Assembly (NCBI RefSeq): GCF_000143415.4
Contig: NW_003314266.1
Location: 1,572,463-1,636,462 of the forward strand
Reading direction: 5' to 3'
Source of the DNA: Selaginella moellendorffii
Lineage: Eukaryota; Plantae; Lycopodiophyta
Length of the DNA: 64,000 nucleotides
In this document: in pieces, positions 46,714 to 57,941 of the stretch
How positions within the stretch are numbered: position 1 is the stretch's first letter
How the letters are laid out: every line of letters starts with the position of its first letter
The notes under the pieces: model-generated
Told to the model about the DNA's origin: nothing
The model's database searches: none
Seen by the model: only the letters and a program-made list of their open reading frames with translations
Program-made: the position numbers and the translations under genes

Positions 46714-48879
46714 TCACCGCGTGAGCGATCTAACCAGGTTCAAAATCCTCGAGAACTCGAAGAACAGCACCGAGTGCTCGCCTCCCAACCCCGTCCTCGA
46801 CGACCTGTTGTTCCCGGTGAGATTGTTGCAGGGAGAGCCGCCAATGACGAGATCGAATCCACCACTCTCCTCCATGAGCCGAGCCACCACCGCCATCGTC
46901 AAGTCCTGGACGTCGTCGAGGATCCGGTGCTGTCCAGTCTGCCCCGACGTCGACCACCACCTCTCCAAGATCCTCCTGTTATCGACGTTGGACTCCACGC
47001 ACACCACGAACTTTAGCTTGATCCCGGCTCGATGCAGCGCCACCTCCGCGCCGCCGATGCCCGAGAAGAGCGAGAGCATCCGGATGCCGTCGGGGAAGAG
47101 CGGACGGAGCGCCGAGAGGTGGAAGCCGACTACGTCCACTTGGAATGTGTTGCCGAGCGACTTGAAGCGCTCGTTGATCGTGATCGCTCCTCGCGTGTGT
47201 CCGCGCTCGTAGCCAAGCGCTTGCTCGATCTCGTGTGCTTCCAGCGGCGAGCACGTCCCCGGCCCCGTCCACACCAAGTTCCACCTCCTGACGAGCGACA
47301 TGATGGTCTTCTTTGCTTCCTCCGACGGCTCGCCCGCGGCCATCAACCTTTGGACGTTGCGGCAGAAGGACGCTGTGTTCCCGCAGGTGTTGATGCAGTT
47401 CAGCTGCTGCCGGGTGTCCCAGGCGGGTGTGTACTGCACCGTCGCTGGCAGGAACTCTCGAATGGTCTTTGGTGGAATCGGGAGAATCAGCTGCCTGTTC
47501 TCGAGCGGGAGGTTGTGGATGTATCCTCTTGCTCTACGAGAAACTGAAAAATGGCTGCAAAGGAAAAAAGAAAGCAAGAAAGCATGGTAGCTTTCGGAAA
47601 AATGAAACACACGGAGCTACCTCGCGCACACAAACTCTGGTTGGATACCGTAAAGCGAGTTGGAAATGATATCCCAGGATCCATTCGGCATCGTGCGCAC
47701 ATTCTCGAAGTAGAAGTACGGTTTCCTTGCTTGAGTAGAGGTGAGACTAAGAAATCCACAACAAATATCAGATGTAAAGCTCAAAAGAACGCACATACTT
47801 ACCTCCTGGGAATGGGAGTCTCGGCCGGCAAGCCGAAACCTTTCAGTCGACGAGAGTGACGTTCCAGAGTCTCGTCCGGCGAGCCAAAACCGTTCAGTGG
47901 ACGAGAGTGATGTTCCACCCGCGCTCGTTTTCTCCTCCGGGGAACTGCTACCTCCAGATCGTCCTCGAACGCGTCGAAGTCGCGAGCTGCGAGGAAATCG
48001 ACAAGAACATCGATGTCCTCCGCCCCTGAAAATGTAAATCTTGATAGACATTCTTTTCGAACGGAAAAAGCTCACCACACGATGCAATTGCTTGTGACGC
48101 CTGCTCGTAGCTGTAGCCGAGTGTCGTCAATGTATCTAACGCAGTCATATCCTCGTCCTGCAGATAAAGAATTCTCAACACCAGAAAAAGTTGACATTTC
48201 TACCGGCTGAGCGCCAGATCCATGCTCAATTATATACGCAATGATCGTTTGAATCGCCGCTCCACTTCCTGCGCCAGATCCTTGCTCAAATCAGAAGCCA
48301 GAAAAGAAAAGATCGTTCTCACCGCAGCTGCTCATAGCTTCAGCGATGTCTTGAGTGGAAAAACCCATGCTGCGGAGGAGATCATTTCCAGTGCTATCGT
48401 CTAGTTCCTGCTTCAGAAAAGTTAGCAATGAGAAACCAAAGAAAGAAAAGAAAAAACTGTGCCTCTGAATCTCCAGTTACAGAGATAGCACTAGATGTGG
48501 ATGCCACTGCCGGAGGAGCAACCTACACAAACATCCCTGTGTCAAAGAAACCAAGAAGAAACCAAACGAAAAGAAGACAAGAAAGAAAAAACTTACATCG
48601 TGTTGCATCGCAAGAATGTAGTCGATGATCACATCGTCCGGAGCGTCGTCGCCGTGGACGCGCATTGCAGCACAGGCTTGCTCCGCCGTGAAGCCCATCG
48701 TGGCGAAGGCCAGGGCGCGATCACTGGGCGGGGCATGATCGCGAGCGGCCGGGGCAGGATCGCCATCGCCGCTGTCATCATCGGAGCTGTATTCGACGAT
48801 CGCCTGCAAGCATGGCGCAAGAATGTGGGTAAGGAAGCGGCACAGACGGTGGAGGAATCCAAACCTCCGGCCGCGCCAT
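46714..48879 (-). CDS. DRM: DOMAINS REARRANGED DNA (cytosine-5) methyltransferase with N-terminal UBA domains
   Basis: UBA-like ATMGFT..A and TTLGYS; PYFYFENV (motif VI) precedes LSLFSGIGGAEVA (motif I) and FDLVIGGSPCNNL (catalytic PC), i.e. rearranged motif order. Confidence 0.93.
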
Positions 48880-48981
48880 TCCCTCGCTCGCTTAAACCCT
48901 AAAACAATGGTTTGATTTGAATAAAATGCATATAAAACAATGGGGGTCCGCCCAGCCCAAGGGTTTAAAGCGCGAATAGCT
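48880..48981. promoter_or_regulatory. ~100-bp bidirectional promoter between DRM and nitrobindin with telo-box and site-II-like GCCCA motifs
   Basis: Divergent ATGs at 48879 and 48982; aaaccctaaa at ~48894; cgcccagcccaa at ~48949. Confidence 0.55.
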
Positions 48982-49987
48982 ATGGAGGGGGCGAGGACCG
49001 ATATTCTCCCGCCGATCCATCCAGCGCTGGCGCCGCTGGGTTTTCTACTGGGATCTTGGCGGGGAGCTGGAGAGGGCGGCTTTCCCACCATCAAATCGTT
49101 CGGCTATGGCGAGGAAATTCGCCTCTGGCACACTGGAAAGGTACTTTGGGGATTTTTCCTTGGAATGGCTTGCTTCTAGAGGAGAAAGCTTCTCTTTTGC
49201 TCGATCAATTCCTTTCGCTGCGTAGAAAGTGTCCAAACTTGCGATTCCTTCTCGTTCGTTCTTTGCAAACTTTGACATTGCTTGAGTTTTCTTCTCGTTA
49301 GTTCCTTGCAAACTTTGACATTGCTTGAGTTTTCTTTTCGTTAGTTCCTTGCAAACTTTGACATTTCTCGAGTTTTCTTCTCGTTAGTTCTTTGCAAACC
49401 TTGAGTCAGTGCTTGCGTTTTCTTCTTGTTTGTTCTTTGCATTTTTTTAATTTTTTTTGCCATGATTTGTTTGCTCATCCGGTACTACGATGGACTTGTT
49501 TTCCAGCCAGTGATGGCCTACACGCAAAAGACATGGAAGGCATCGTCCGGGGAGCCTATGCACGCCGAGAGTGGCTACTGGAGGCCCAGGCCCGATGGCT
49601 CGCTCGAGGTTGTCATCGCACAAAGCACCGGTCTTGCGGAAGTCCAGGTACTGTACAGAGCGAATTTCTCGTTTTCAAGTCTCCGGACGTTCGTGCTAAT
49701 GAAGCAAAACCATTTCTCCTGAACAGATAGGTACGTACGATACCGAGAACAAGACCGTGACGCTTCACTCCTCGCTAGTGGGAAACGCCAGCAAGGTTCT
49801 CACTCTTCAAGTTAGCAATCGTGTTTTTCCTTTCTCACGCTGTGCTTGGTTTCAGGTCACAGCGATTTCGAGGCGCTTCCAAGTCACTGGAGACGATGAG
49901 CTCAGCTACACGGTAGAGATGGCCACCTCGGGTACTAATCAACAGCTTATGCCTCATCTTCGAGCGGTCCTGAAGAAAGTAAGCTGA
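48982..49987 (+). CDS. Nitrobindin (THAP4-like heme-binding beta-barrel), 4 exons
   Basis: IHPALAPLGFLLGSWRGAGEGGFPTI, PMHAESGYWR, AQSTGLAEVQ, PHLRAVLKK (heme-ligand His). Confidence 0.93.
49249..49441 (+). repeat. 43-bp minisatellite (~4.5 copies) in nitrobindin intron 1
   Basis: Unit ttctcgttagttccttgcaaactttgacattgcttgagttttc. Confidence 0.9.
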
Positions 49988-50234
49988 TGATAAAGCCTCG
50001 AGAACAAACCTTTGAAGCACAGCAATGTATCTAAAGCTCGAGATTCCGGCTATGGCTGTGAGTCTTGTCTTCACTGTCCTAACATCAAAAACTATTCTTG
50101 TTCGCTATTAACTTGCATTTAGAATTCTTTTGCTGTCAAGTTTCTTACAGTTTCTCGCATTCTCTTTGTGCCTTTCGAGTGAGAAGTATACACAAGCAGC
50201 GAAAAAATGGACACTTTCTACGGTTCCAACAAGA

Positions 50235-50825
50235 TCAAGGTTTTGTGATTCTCTTGATGCATGGAAGGTCAACGTTAGAGTAGAGCGTGTAGTTTCTCCA
50301 CTTGTTGGGTTTGACCGTGGCATACTCGAGCACAAACTTGGTGGGCTTGAGCTCAAACGACTTAAACACACGCAGCAAAGCCGCTTCTTCCCGCCTGAGG
50401 AATCCCAGCACCAGCTTGCAATTCGCTCTGTTCTTGGTGATGCTCGTCACCGCCTCAAACAGCACCTCCAAAGGAATGTAGAAGAATGGAGGGTCAAACA
50501 CGATTACGCTCATCGGATGATCTCGCTCGGACCCCAAGGAGGCCGGCATCCGCAAGTCGAAGTAGCGGAATCCTGGGAGGTAGCGGAAGCGAGTGTCCAC
50601 GTCGAGCAGCAGCTCGGTCCGCTGGTGCTGGAAGTAGAAAGCGTGCGCGAGCGAAGGAGTCGTGAGGCAGCAGATCTCGCCCTCTTTGATCCCCTCGAGC
50701 GCCTGCGTCAACCGCTTGACCGTGGCCTCGGTCCAGAAGTACTGCTCCAGATCGTGGCGCTCCTGGAATCGATCTGCGAGCATGGATCGCGAGCTCGAGG
50801 GTGCGGATCGATTTGCTGCCGCCAT
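50235..50825 (-). CDS. EEF1AKMT1/N6AMT2-like (N6-adenine-methylase-fold) SAM-dependent methyltransferase, intronless
   Basis: LEQYFWTEAT, ICCLTTPSL, LLDVDTRF, YFDL, VIVFDPPFF, and YTLYSN near the C-terminus. Confidence 0.8.
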   Translation of the reverse strand: MAAANRSAPSSSRSMLADRFQERHDLEQYFWTEATVKRLTQALEGIKEGEICCLTTPSLAHAFYFQHQRTELLLDVDTRFRYLPGFRYFDLRMPASLGSERDHPMSVIVFDPPFFYIPLEVLFEAVTSITKNRANCKLVLGFLRREEAALLRVFKSFELKPTKFVLEYATVKPNKWRNYTLYSNVDLPCIKRITKP

Positions 50826-51706
50826 TGAATTAAGTGCTGGAGCTGCGAGAGATGAGGAAGGATGATTGCAAGTCGAGTTTTAAGTTGAGCTTGCTTGGAG
50901 CACAAGGTACGTGACTTTGTCAACACGAAAGTGCACGATTTTCATTATAAATTAAATCTCTGAACAATAGTAATATGAGTTGGTTGATGGACGTGAGACG
51001 GAGCTTGTACGACCCTGTGAATATGGTGGATGGGGGATAAAATTTGTGGTCTTATACCTATAGAATGGAGAACCAATCCATTTTGGTTCTGTCCATAGCA
51101 GTATTCCAGGATATCTGGAGCTACGACTGGCAGTTCCTTTGAGAAGCAGTTTCAAACAAAGTTTCCATACCAGTGCGTATGAATCATAATTGAAATTAAA
51201 ACATCTTCTAATGGTGTAATAGGCTGGATGAAGCCAAATTTAATTTTGTCACGAGTGTATGTTGCAAACAGGTCCTGATTTTGTGGCAACTCTTTGTACA
51301 ACAACATGACAAAAGATGGATGATCTTCAGACCTCAACCGTCACAGAATCAGGGTTATCCAGGTTATCCTTAAGTACATGGCCAACATTTACGTCAACTG
51401 GATCTCCTATATGGATCTTGCACCGAGCTCTTGACAAGATGATGGTTGGTCTTAGCAGGTCGATAGTTGTTCTCCCCGGTACCAAAGCTCTTATAAAAAT
51501 CCATATTGGCTCTGTCCATACTAGTATTCCACTACATCTGGAGCTACATCCTTTGCTTGATTCATAATAAGCAGAGAGAGAAAAACAAATCACTCCGATC
51601 TGTTCAGAAGCAAAGTTTGCATAAGCTAATTAACTTGGAGCTTCCTTGTGGAGAATGTGGTGCTTATCAAGGTGTAATCTTGACTTAAGACAAAGTTTCT
51701 GTTAAT

Positions 51707-51780
51707 GGTTTCATGGTGTAGTTGGTCATCACGTCAGTCTAACACACTGAAGGTCTCCAGTTCAAACCTGGATGAAGCCA
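51707..51780 (+). tRNA. trnV-AAC: tRNA-Val (AAC)
   Basis: GGTTTCA..TCAGT-CTAACAC-ACTGA..TCCAG-TTCAAAC-CTGGA-TGAAGCC-A; downstream TTTTT. Confidence 0.93.
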
Positions 51781-52194
51781 AATATATTTTTGTCACAAGT
51801 AACCTTTAGTCAAGTCTTGATATTCTTCATAATTAAATGGACAGGTAACAAAAGATAAAGATAATTCCAGCTAAACGAAAGACCATATGGATGTTAAGAC
51901 GATGGTTGTTCTTTGCAGTTGATAGTTGTTCTTCCTGGGGCAACAAGCACATCTTGAAACCAAAGCTCTAATAGAATGGAGAACCTGGTTCTGTCCATAC
52001 CAGTATTCCAGGACATCTGGAGCTCGATCCATGATAAGCAAGGAGAATAAAACAAATCACTCCGCTCTGTTCAAAAGAAAAGTTTGCATACCTTGATAAG
52101 CACCAACATTCTCCATGAGAAGCCTCCAGTGCTTGGATAACTTATTTATCGAAGAATATATTGTGGTCCTGGCTTAAGATGAAGTTTTGTTAAT

Positions 52195-52268
52195 GGTTTC
52201 ATGGTGTAGTTGGTCATCACGTCAGTCTAACATACTGAAGGTCTCCAGTTCAAACCTGGATGAAGCCA
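52195..52268 (+). tRNA. trnV-AAC: tRNA-Val (AAC), C38>T variant
   Basis: Identical except anticodon loop CTAACAT; no immediate T-run. Confidence 0.85.
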
Positions 52269-52745
52269 AATATATAGCTAATGGATCTCTCTCTCTCTCA
52301 TTAAATCTAAGAACTCCATAGCAGCATGTCACCTATCAGTAACTTATTTTGCCTCCTTGGCTAAATCCTGAGAAACCGGTTTGCCTTGTCAAATATCAGC
52401 GTTGCCCTGGCCTTTCTATCCACAGGTTTCTTATCGTCTAGGGCTTTGACGCCAGAGCCCATTTACATTTCGCTACATACATTGAAAAAGATGACAAACG
52501 ATTTTACCCCTGAAGTGAGAAAATTGATCCATGTGCACAGCAGAAATCGTTAACGGCATTATAATGCGAATATGGTTCGATCAGGTCCTCATGAGCAGCA
52601 GGGAAAGAAAAACCAGTCACTCCCTCAGTCGATCCATTAAAAAATAAAGTTTGCATACCTTGACGAGCACTGCGTTCTCCATGACAAGCTTTGATATTTA
52701 GGGAAGAATTTGCTCATTCTTCTATTAGACAGGCTTTTTGTTAAT

Positions 52746-52819
52746 GGTTTCATGGTGTAGTTGGTCATCACGTCAGTCTAACACACTGAAGGTCTCCAGT
52801 TCAAACCTGGATGAAGCCA
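52746..52819 (+). tRNA. trnV-AAC: tRNA-Val (AAC)
   Basis: Identical to 51707-51780. Confidence 0.9.
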
Positions 52820-53394
52820 GTCACAATTATATGTTGCAAACCACAAATTATATCTGTTTTGTACAGGTTTGCTCAAATTATATATCATTCCAAAGATGCA
52901 GAAGAACTCGCCAGACGATCTTCCAGCTAAACGAACTCCCAGGTTTCTCAGCAATGCCGTCACAGAATCAAGGGTATCCTCTAGCCAGAGCTACAAACCC
53001 ACCGCTAGAATCTTTTCTGCCACCTTGCTCCATCTACATCAAACAAAACGTCGCTACGTACATTTTTTTCCACGAAAAAAATGAGAAACAATTTTACCCC
53101 ATACTGCTGCACCAGCGAGAAGATCCGATCCACATCAGAATCGCAAACAGCATGTTTGACGTTATCGATTTATATAAGAAAGCAAACAGCAGACCTTGGG
53201 GGATGTCCGACTCGATTCAATCGTCACCTCGTCAAGAAGTACTTGACTGGCTCCGGGTGGCTCGGTTCTACAGTAATGTCTCTCTCTTTCTGTTGTTTGC
53301 TCGGCCCCGCAAATATTTCTGTCATGAATTCCTTGGTCAGCTTGGCGGGGGAATCTAGGAATTTCAACGTACCATGGCCCTGTTCCGCATCAAG

Positions 53395-53870
53395 TTATGG
53401 CCTACACGCAAAAGGCATGCCCAGCAGGCACCGTCCGGGGAGCCTAAGCACGCCGAGGGTGGCTACTGGAGGCCCAACCCGATGGTTCAATCGAGGTTGT
53501 CATCGCACAAAGCACCGGACTCGCGGAAGCTCAGGTACTGTACAAAGAAAAGCTTCTCGGTTTAAGTCTCCGGACGTTCCTCGTCCATGAGTCACCTGAC
53601 CAGATAGGTACCGAGAACAAGACCGTAGCGCTTTCACTCCTCGCTACTGGCGCATGGCAGCAAGGTTCTGTAGCCAAACTCTTGAAGTTAAAACATCGTA
53701 CCTTTTCACGCTGTTTACCTCTATTTCCTTCGTTCCTGGTGCCAGCGATTTCGAGGTAAATTTTAGAGTCAATGGCGACGATGGACTCAGCTTGGCCACC
53801 ACGGTACTAAGCAACAGCTGCTGCCCCATCTCCGAGCTGTCTTAAAGAAAGCAATCCGATGATAAAACTC
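53395..53870 (+). pseudogene. Degenerate duplicate of nitrobindin exons 2-4
   Basis: ttatggcctacacgcaaaagg..ggggagcctaagcacgccgagggtggctactggaggccc.. matches 49511-49990 with frameshifts. Confidence 0.88.
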
Positions 53871-56160
53871 TCAAAACAAAATCTCTAAGATTGCTTACTC
53901 TCAACAAGCTTGCATAATAAAATAACGTGGTGGCGATGCAGCGTACATCGGATAAAAGCGTTCAAGCTGGAAGGAAGCACAGCTAATGCATCACAGAGTA
54001 GTTGGAAGGATCTGCAAAATCGTCCCAGGAATTTTTATAGCCGTAGCCTCATCATTGGCAATGACGCATTCCAGCGACAATGCAAAGAAAGGACTAAAAA
54101 GGAGATGGCTGCTTGGCTCCTCCTTCCTACTGTTAGTAGTGCAGTTGCTTCTACTGTTTCGTAAGGTACTTACTTGACTTTAGTGTTAGCTTGAATGGAT
54201 GCAGTTGCGCTTTTACTACTCCACAGTGTTGACCACTCTGCTGACGAGAAATCATTCATGCAGGTTGTTGTTGCTAAAATCTCCTACAGTAATCGAAGAG
54301 TCGGTGTTAGATTCCAAATTAGATTTCAGAGGAAAAAAATTGAAAAACTCTGCACGCTTCTTCCTTATCATATTATCTCCATGTGTCGAGTGAATAAACT
54401 AAGCGCCTCTCATCATGCTGGAACGAACATCGGTGACAGATCTGTCTTTCTGTCTCACGAGATTTTTCCAATCCTGCAGCAACTTAGCTTAACTCGAACA
54501 TGAAGAACTCATGACTACGTATGAAATTAGAAAATTAGAAAATATGAATGGGACCGCTCACCTTCGTTCGCCCTGTCAAATCGCTTCTGTTTTGCCTGGA
54601 TAGAGAGCTGTAATAACAAATGTACCTGTATACGCCCAAGAAAAACAACCTTTCTCTATGAGCAGCAGACACTATGGATACGCTCTGTGGGAATTGAAAC
54701 AATTCCCAGCCAACTGTCGGGCAGGAATGGCTAAATCCCAACATGTGGTCAGCGAGACAAGACGGCATAGAACACATCCTGTTCGCTTTCCCGGCATTAC
54801 TTCCGTTAACAAGAGATGCTTAGTGGAAGAAAAAAGCAGCCACAGACCTGTTACTAGTGCTGCAAGCTGTAGCATATGTCTCCTCCAAGTTAAAAACCAG
54901 AAACTCTTTTCAGAGAGCACTTTTTCGCGTTCACATGCAGCTGGCTGGCTCTGATTCTCATCACCACATTTCCATTTGTGTTAGCGGCACATACGTATCT
55001 GCTGCTTCGAAATCTCCTGTTTGAGAAAACTGCACAGAACCAAGCAGCGTCGCGTCCTCAGCGAAAAAGACAAACAAGAAAGACGATAAAGTGAGAGAAA
55101 AACAGACAGAGAAGCGAAGAGACGCATAGCCAGAAGCATACCTTGCATTATTAACGCATGTGAGCGTTCCCAGGGCACCAGAAAAAAAAGAGGAGAGAGA
55201 GCAAACAAAACAAAAAAATCTCTTGAAATCCTGAATGACTGAGCTCGTTTCGAGACCGAGAAAGGAGCTTAATTGATCTTACGGACTAGGCGACCCAAGA
55301 AGACGAACGGAGTCAAGGCAGGACTTGTTGAGTTAGAGGAAACCAGCGTGTCAGGCTGAAACATAGAAAGGAGAGAAAAGAAAAGTTAAAGCTTCAAGAG
55401 GAGGGATGCCTTGGCAAGCTTATGATATGCAATGAGGCAACGGTAGGTGAGGTACCTTCAGAGCTTATCATGACTTGCTGTATAATAGCTTGACAACAAG
55501 CCTCGCCCGCCGCTGCACAAGCTGTATATGCTGTATGGTGTACCACGACGGTTCAGTGCAGCACTTCCTCTCTTGCGCAGCGTTCATTAAACCAGGAGGA
55601 GGTTGACACCACGAGAAAGAAACACCTGCATATACAAACAAGCGAGTAAATTCGTTACTACAAAGGCATAATTCTCACATTACCTCCCGGCCTTTCTCAA
55701 TCACAGCAATGCATAACCGTATTTCTTCTTTAGTTCTCCACCCTCTTTCCCCTGTCTCTCTCACACAAACAAATACGAAGACAAATATATCACATTCGAT
55801 CCACGTACCTCCTATTACGAACCAGATGTTGATGTGCGCAATGCGTGCCTTCTGTAAATGATCCTGTGAGGAAAAAGGAGCAAGATATCAACTGGCCAGT
55901 GTCTAGGCGCGGAAGCCAGCTTTATGAACCGAAGAGGATCACATATACTGTAAAAATCTCAGCGAAGGAACTTGCATTGATTCGCACTTCCTAACAGTTT
56001 GCTGCCTGTCAATCCGCCAGGCACCGACCTCAGAATCAAAGAGAGGCCTCTCACTCCGCACAGCACCTAACTGTTACAACAGCAGCAAGATCACTCTTAA
56101 AGAATCAACCGAGAAACACCAACCTCACGCCGGAGAGTGGACGGGCATCAAGCGAGAGTT

Positions 56161-57941
56161 TCAATCGCCCTGATCAGGAGAAAAGTCCCACAGGTGAAGT
56201 CCCGTATCCCGCGAGCTCACGGCCAGGCACGAATCGCTAGCAACCATGTCGTTGTACATGTACCCCGTCTCCTCCCGCAATGAATACAGATGCTCGCCCG
56301 ACGAACAATCCCACGCATTGACAGCCCCGGAGAAGCATAGGAACAGCTGTCGAGAATTCAATGTGCCAAATAGCTGCTGCATCTGATCCCGATCATCTGG
56401 CCGGAGCCTCGGATTCGCATGCACCCCCGGATGCCGCACCGTCAACACTTCCACCATCGTCGGCAATTCCCGTATCCGCGCAAGCCCCTCATACGACGCG
56501 CTCAGCAACTTGTTCCCTCTCACGTCCATGGCCTCCACGGCATTGTTTTCCGCCTCTTGATCCCTCTCCACGATCAGTGGCATCCCATGAGTCCCCAAGT
56601 CGTGAACTCTGATCCTCCGCCGGTTGGCAGCGACGAGCAGCTCTTCGTTCACTATCCTCACGCGGCCAACTCGCCCGGCTCGCTCCACGAGCATATGCCA
56701 GCCCCGCATTGCATCATCGTCAGTCATGTTGCCACCCCTGTACACCACCTGCTTTGTGGCAGCGTCCCACAACCGGAAGCAGTGCCCGACGCTCCCAGCG
56801 TAGAGAGCAATCCACCATCGCTGGCTCGCGGCGAAACTGATGAGTGCCCCGTCCTGGATCACTCTCCCCACATGAACTCTCACCCGGTTCCCTCGGCTGG
56901 CACTTGCAGTAAACACGTTCCCGTCCACTGACCCAAAAACGATGTCGTCCCCTTGCAGTGAGATCCCCGCTATGGCTCGCGACAAGGGACCGAAACCCTC
57001 CTCCTGGTTGGCTCGTAACGTCCACACGCACGCTTTGGTCTTGAGGTCGAAGATGCGAAGTGCTCCATCAAAGTGGCCCCCGACCAAGTAGTCATTGGAG
57101 ATGGCCAGCGAGCGTGGTGGCTCGTAGTGCCTCCCGCCGGTCTCCTCCTCGACGAGGATCGTGTGACGGGCACGGCCTCGGCGGAAATTCGATGCGGTCG
57201 CGTGGGCTCGCTGGAATTCCCGCCGCCAGGAGCGCTCCGGCTGCCGGGCTTGCGTTGGCCAGACGACGTTGAAAGCGTTCTCCCATAGCAGTTCCGACTG
57301 TGAGACAGATCTCCAGACCGAGCAAACCTGGCGGAAAGAAACTTGTATCAGCGAAGAGATCTTTATAAAAGAAAATCGCGAGGAGAAGAAAAGCGAGCAA
57401 AGATCTTCCCGATCGAAATATCGACACTAAGAACAAGCAATCCGTGCAAGAAGATCGATGTTTCGAGCAGCGCAGGAAATCTTTCGGGCAGCCAAGCACA
57501 CAAAGACGTCGATCGATGCATCGCGGATGTGGATCCATGCAATGGAAAGCCACAAACCTGAAATATGCACGCTAGGGTGCGCGACGCCGCCATCGCTCCA
57601 TGCGCTCTCGCGGCCGCTGCCGCGGCCTCCACGGCGACGGCCTCGACGACAGATTCCGGAAGGAACGCCGCCGCGCCGCCGGATTCCACCATCGCCGCTG
57701 CGCTCAGCCGTCGGGGCGCGCTAGAGGATTCACCGCGAGACCATCGCGATATGGATGAATCTTGCGGCGCTGGAGAGGAGGAAGAAGGCTCCGCCGCGGA
57801 TGAATGGCGGTAATCCCTAGCGCCTTGGCCTTCCTCGGGGAGCTCCTGGCCATTGTCGCCGCGCCGGCTAGAGGAAGACGTAGTAGTAGCAGCGGTGTTA
57901 GGCAACGAAGAAGCAGCCAGTGGCCTATCAGGCTGCCGCAT
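56161..57941 (-). CDS. SAP: STERILE APETALA-like F-box/WD40-like protein (2 exons; start codon uncertain)
   Basis: LPESVVEAVAVEAA..LACIFQ|VCSVWRSVSQSELLW..WRREF..ASNFR..LAISNDYLVGGHFDGALRIF..RGWHML..GEHLYSLRE..LHLWDF. Confidence 0.85.

Larger units (their letters stand above)
51040..52990 (+). repeat. Degenerate ~0.5-kb tandem repeat, each unit carrying a tRNA-Val (or remnant)
   Basis: Recurring blocks ggttctgtccata..agtattccagga.atctggagct (51085, 51508, 51987), aaacaaatcactccg.tctgttca (51583, 52050) and cacagaatca.gg.tatcc (51342, 52961). Confidence 0.85.

Noticed and set aside
51040-52990. CRISPR-like or SINE array
   Set aside because: The repeats are complete tRNA genes with ~0.5-kb homologous spacers in a eukaryotic context; no unique spacers, cas genes, poly(A) tails or target-site duplications.
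52738-53358. 206-aa ORF
   Set aside because: Begins inside a tRNA-Val gene from a non-ATG start and runs through repeat sequence; no coding signature recognised.
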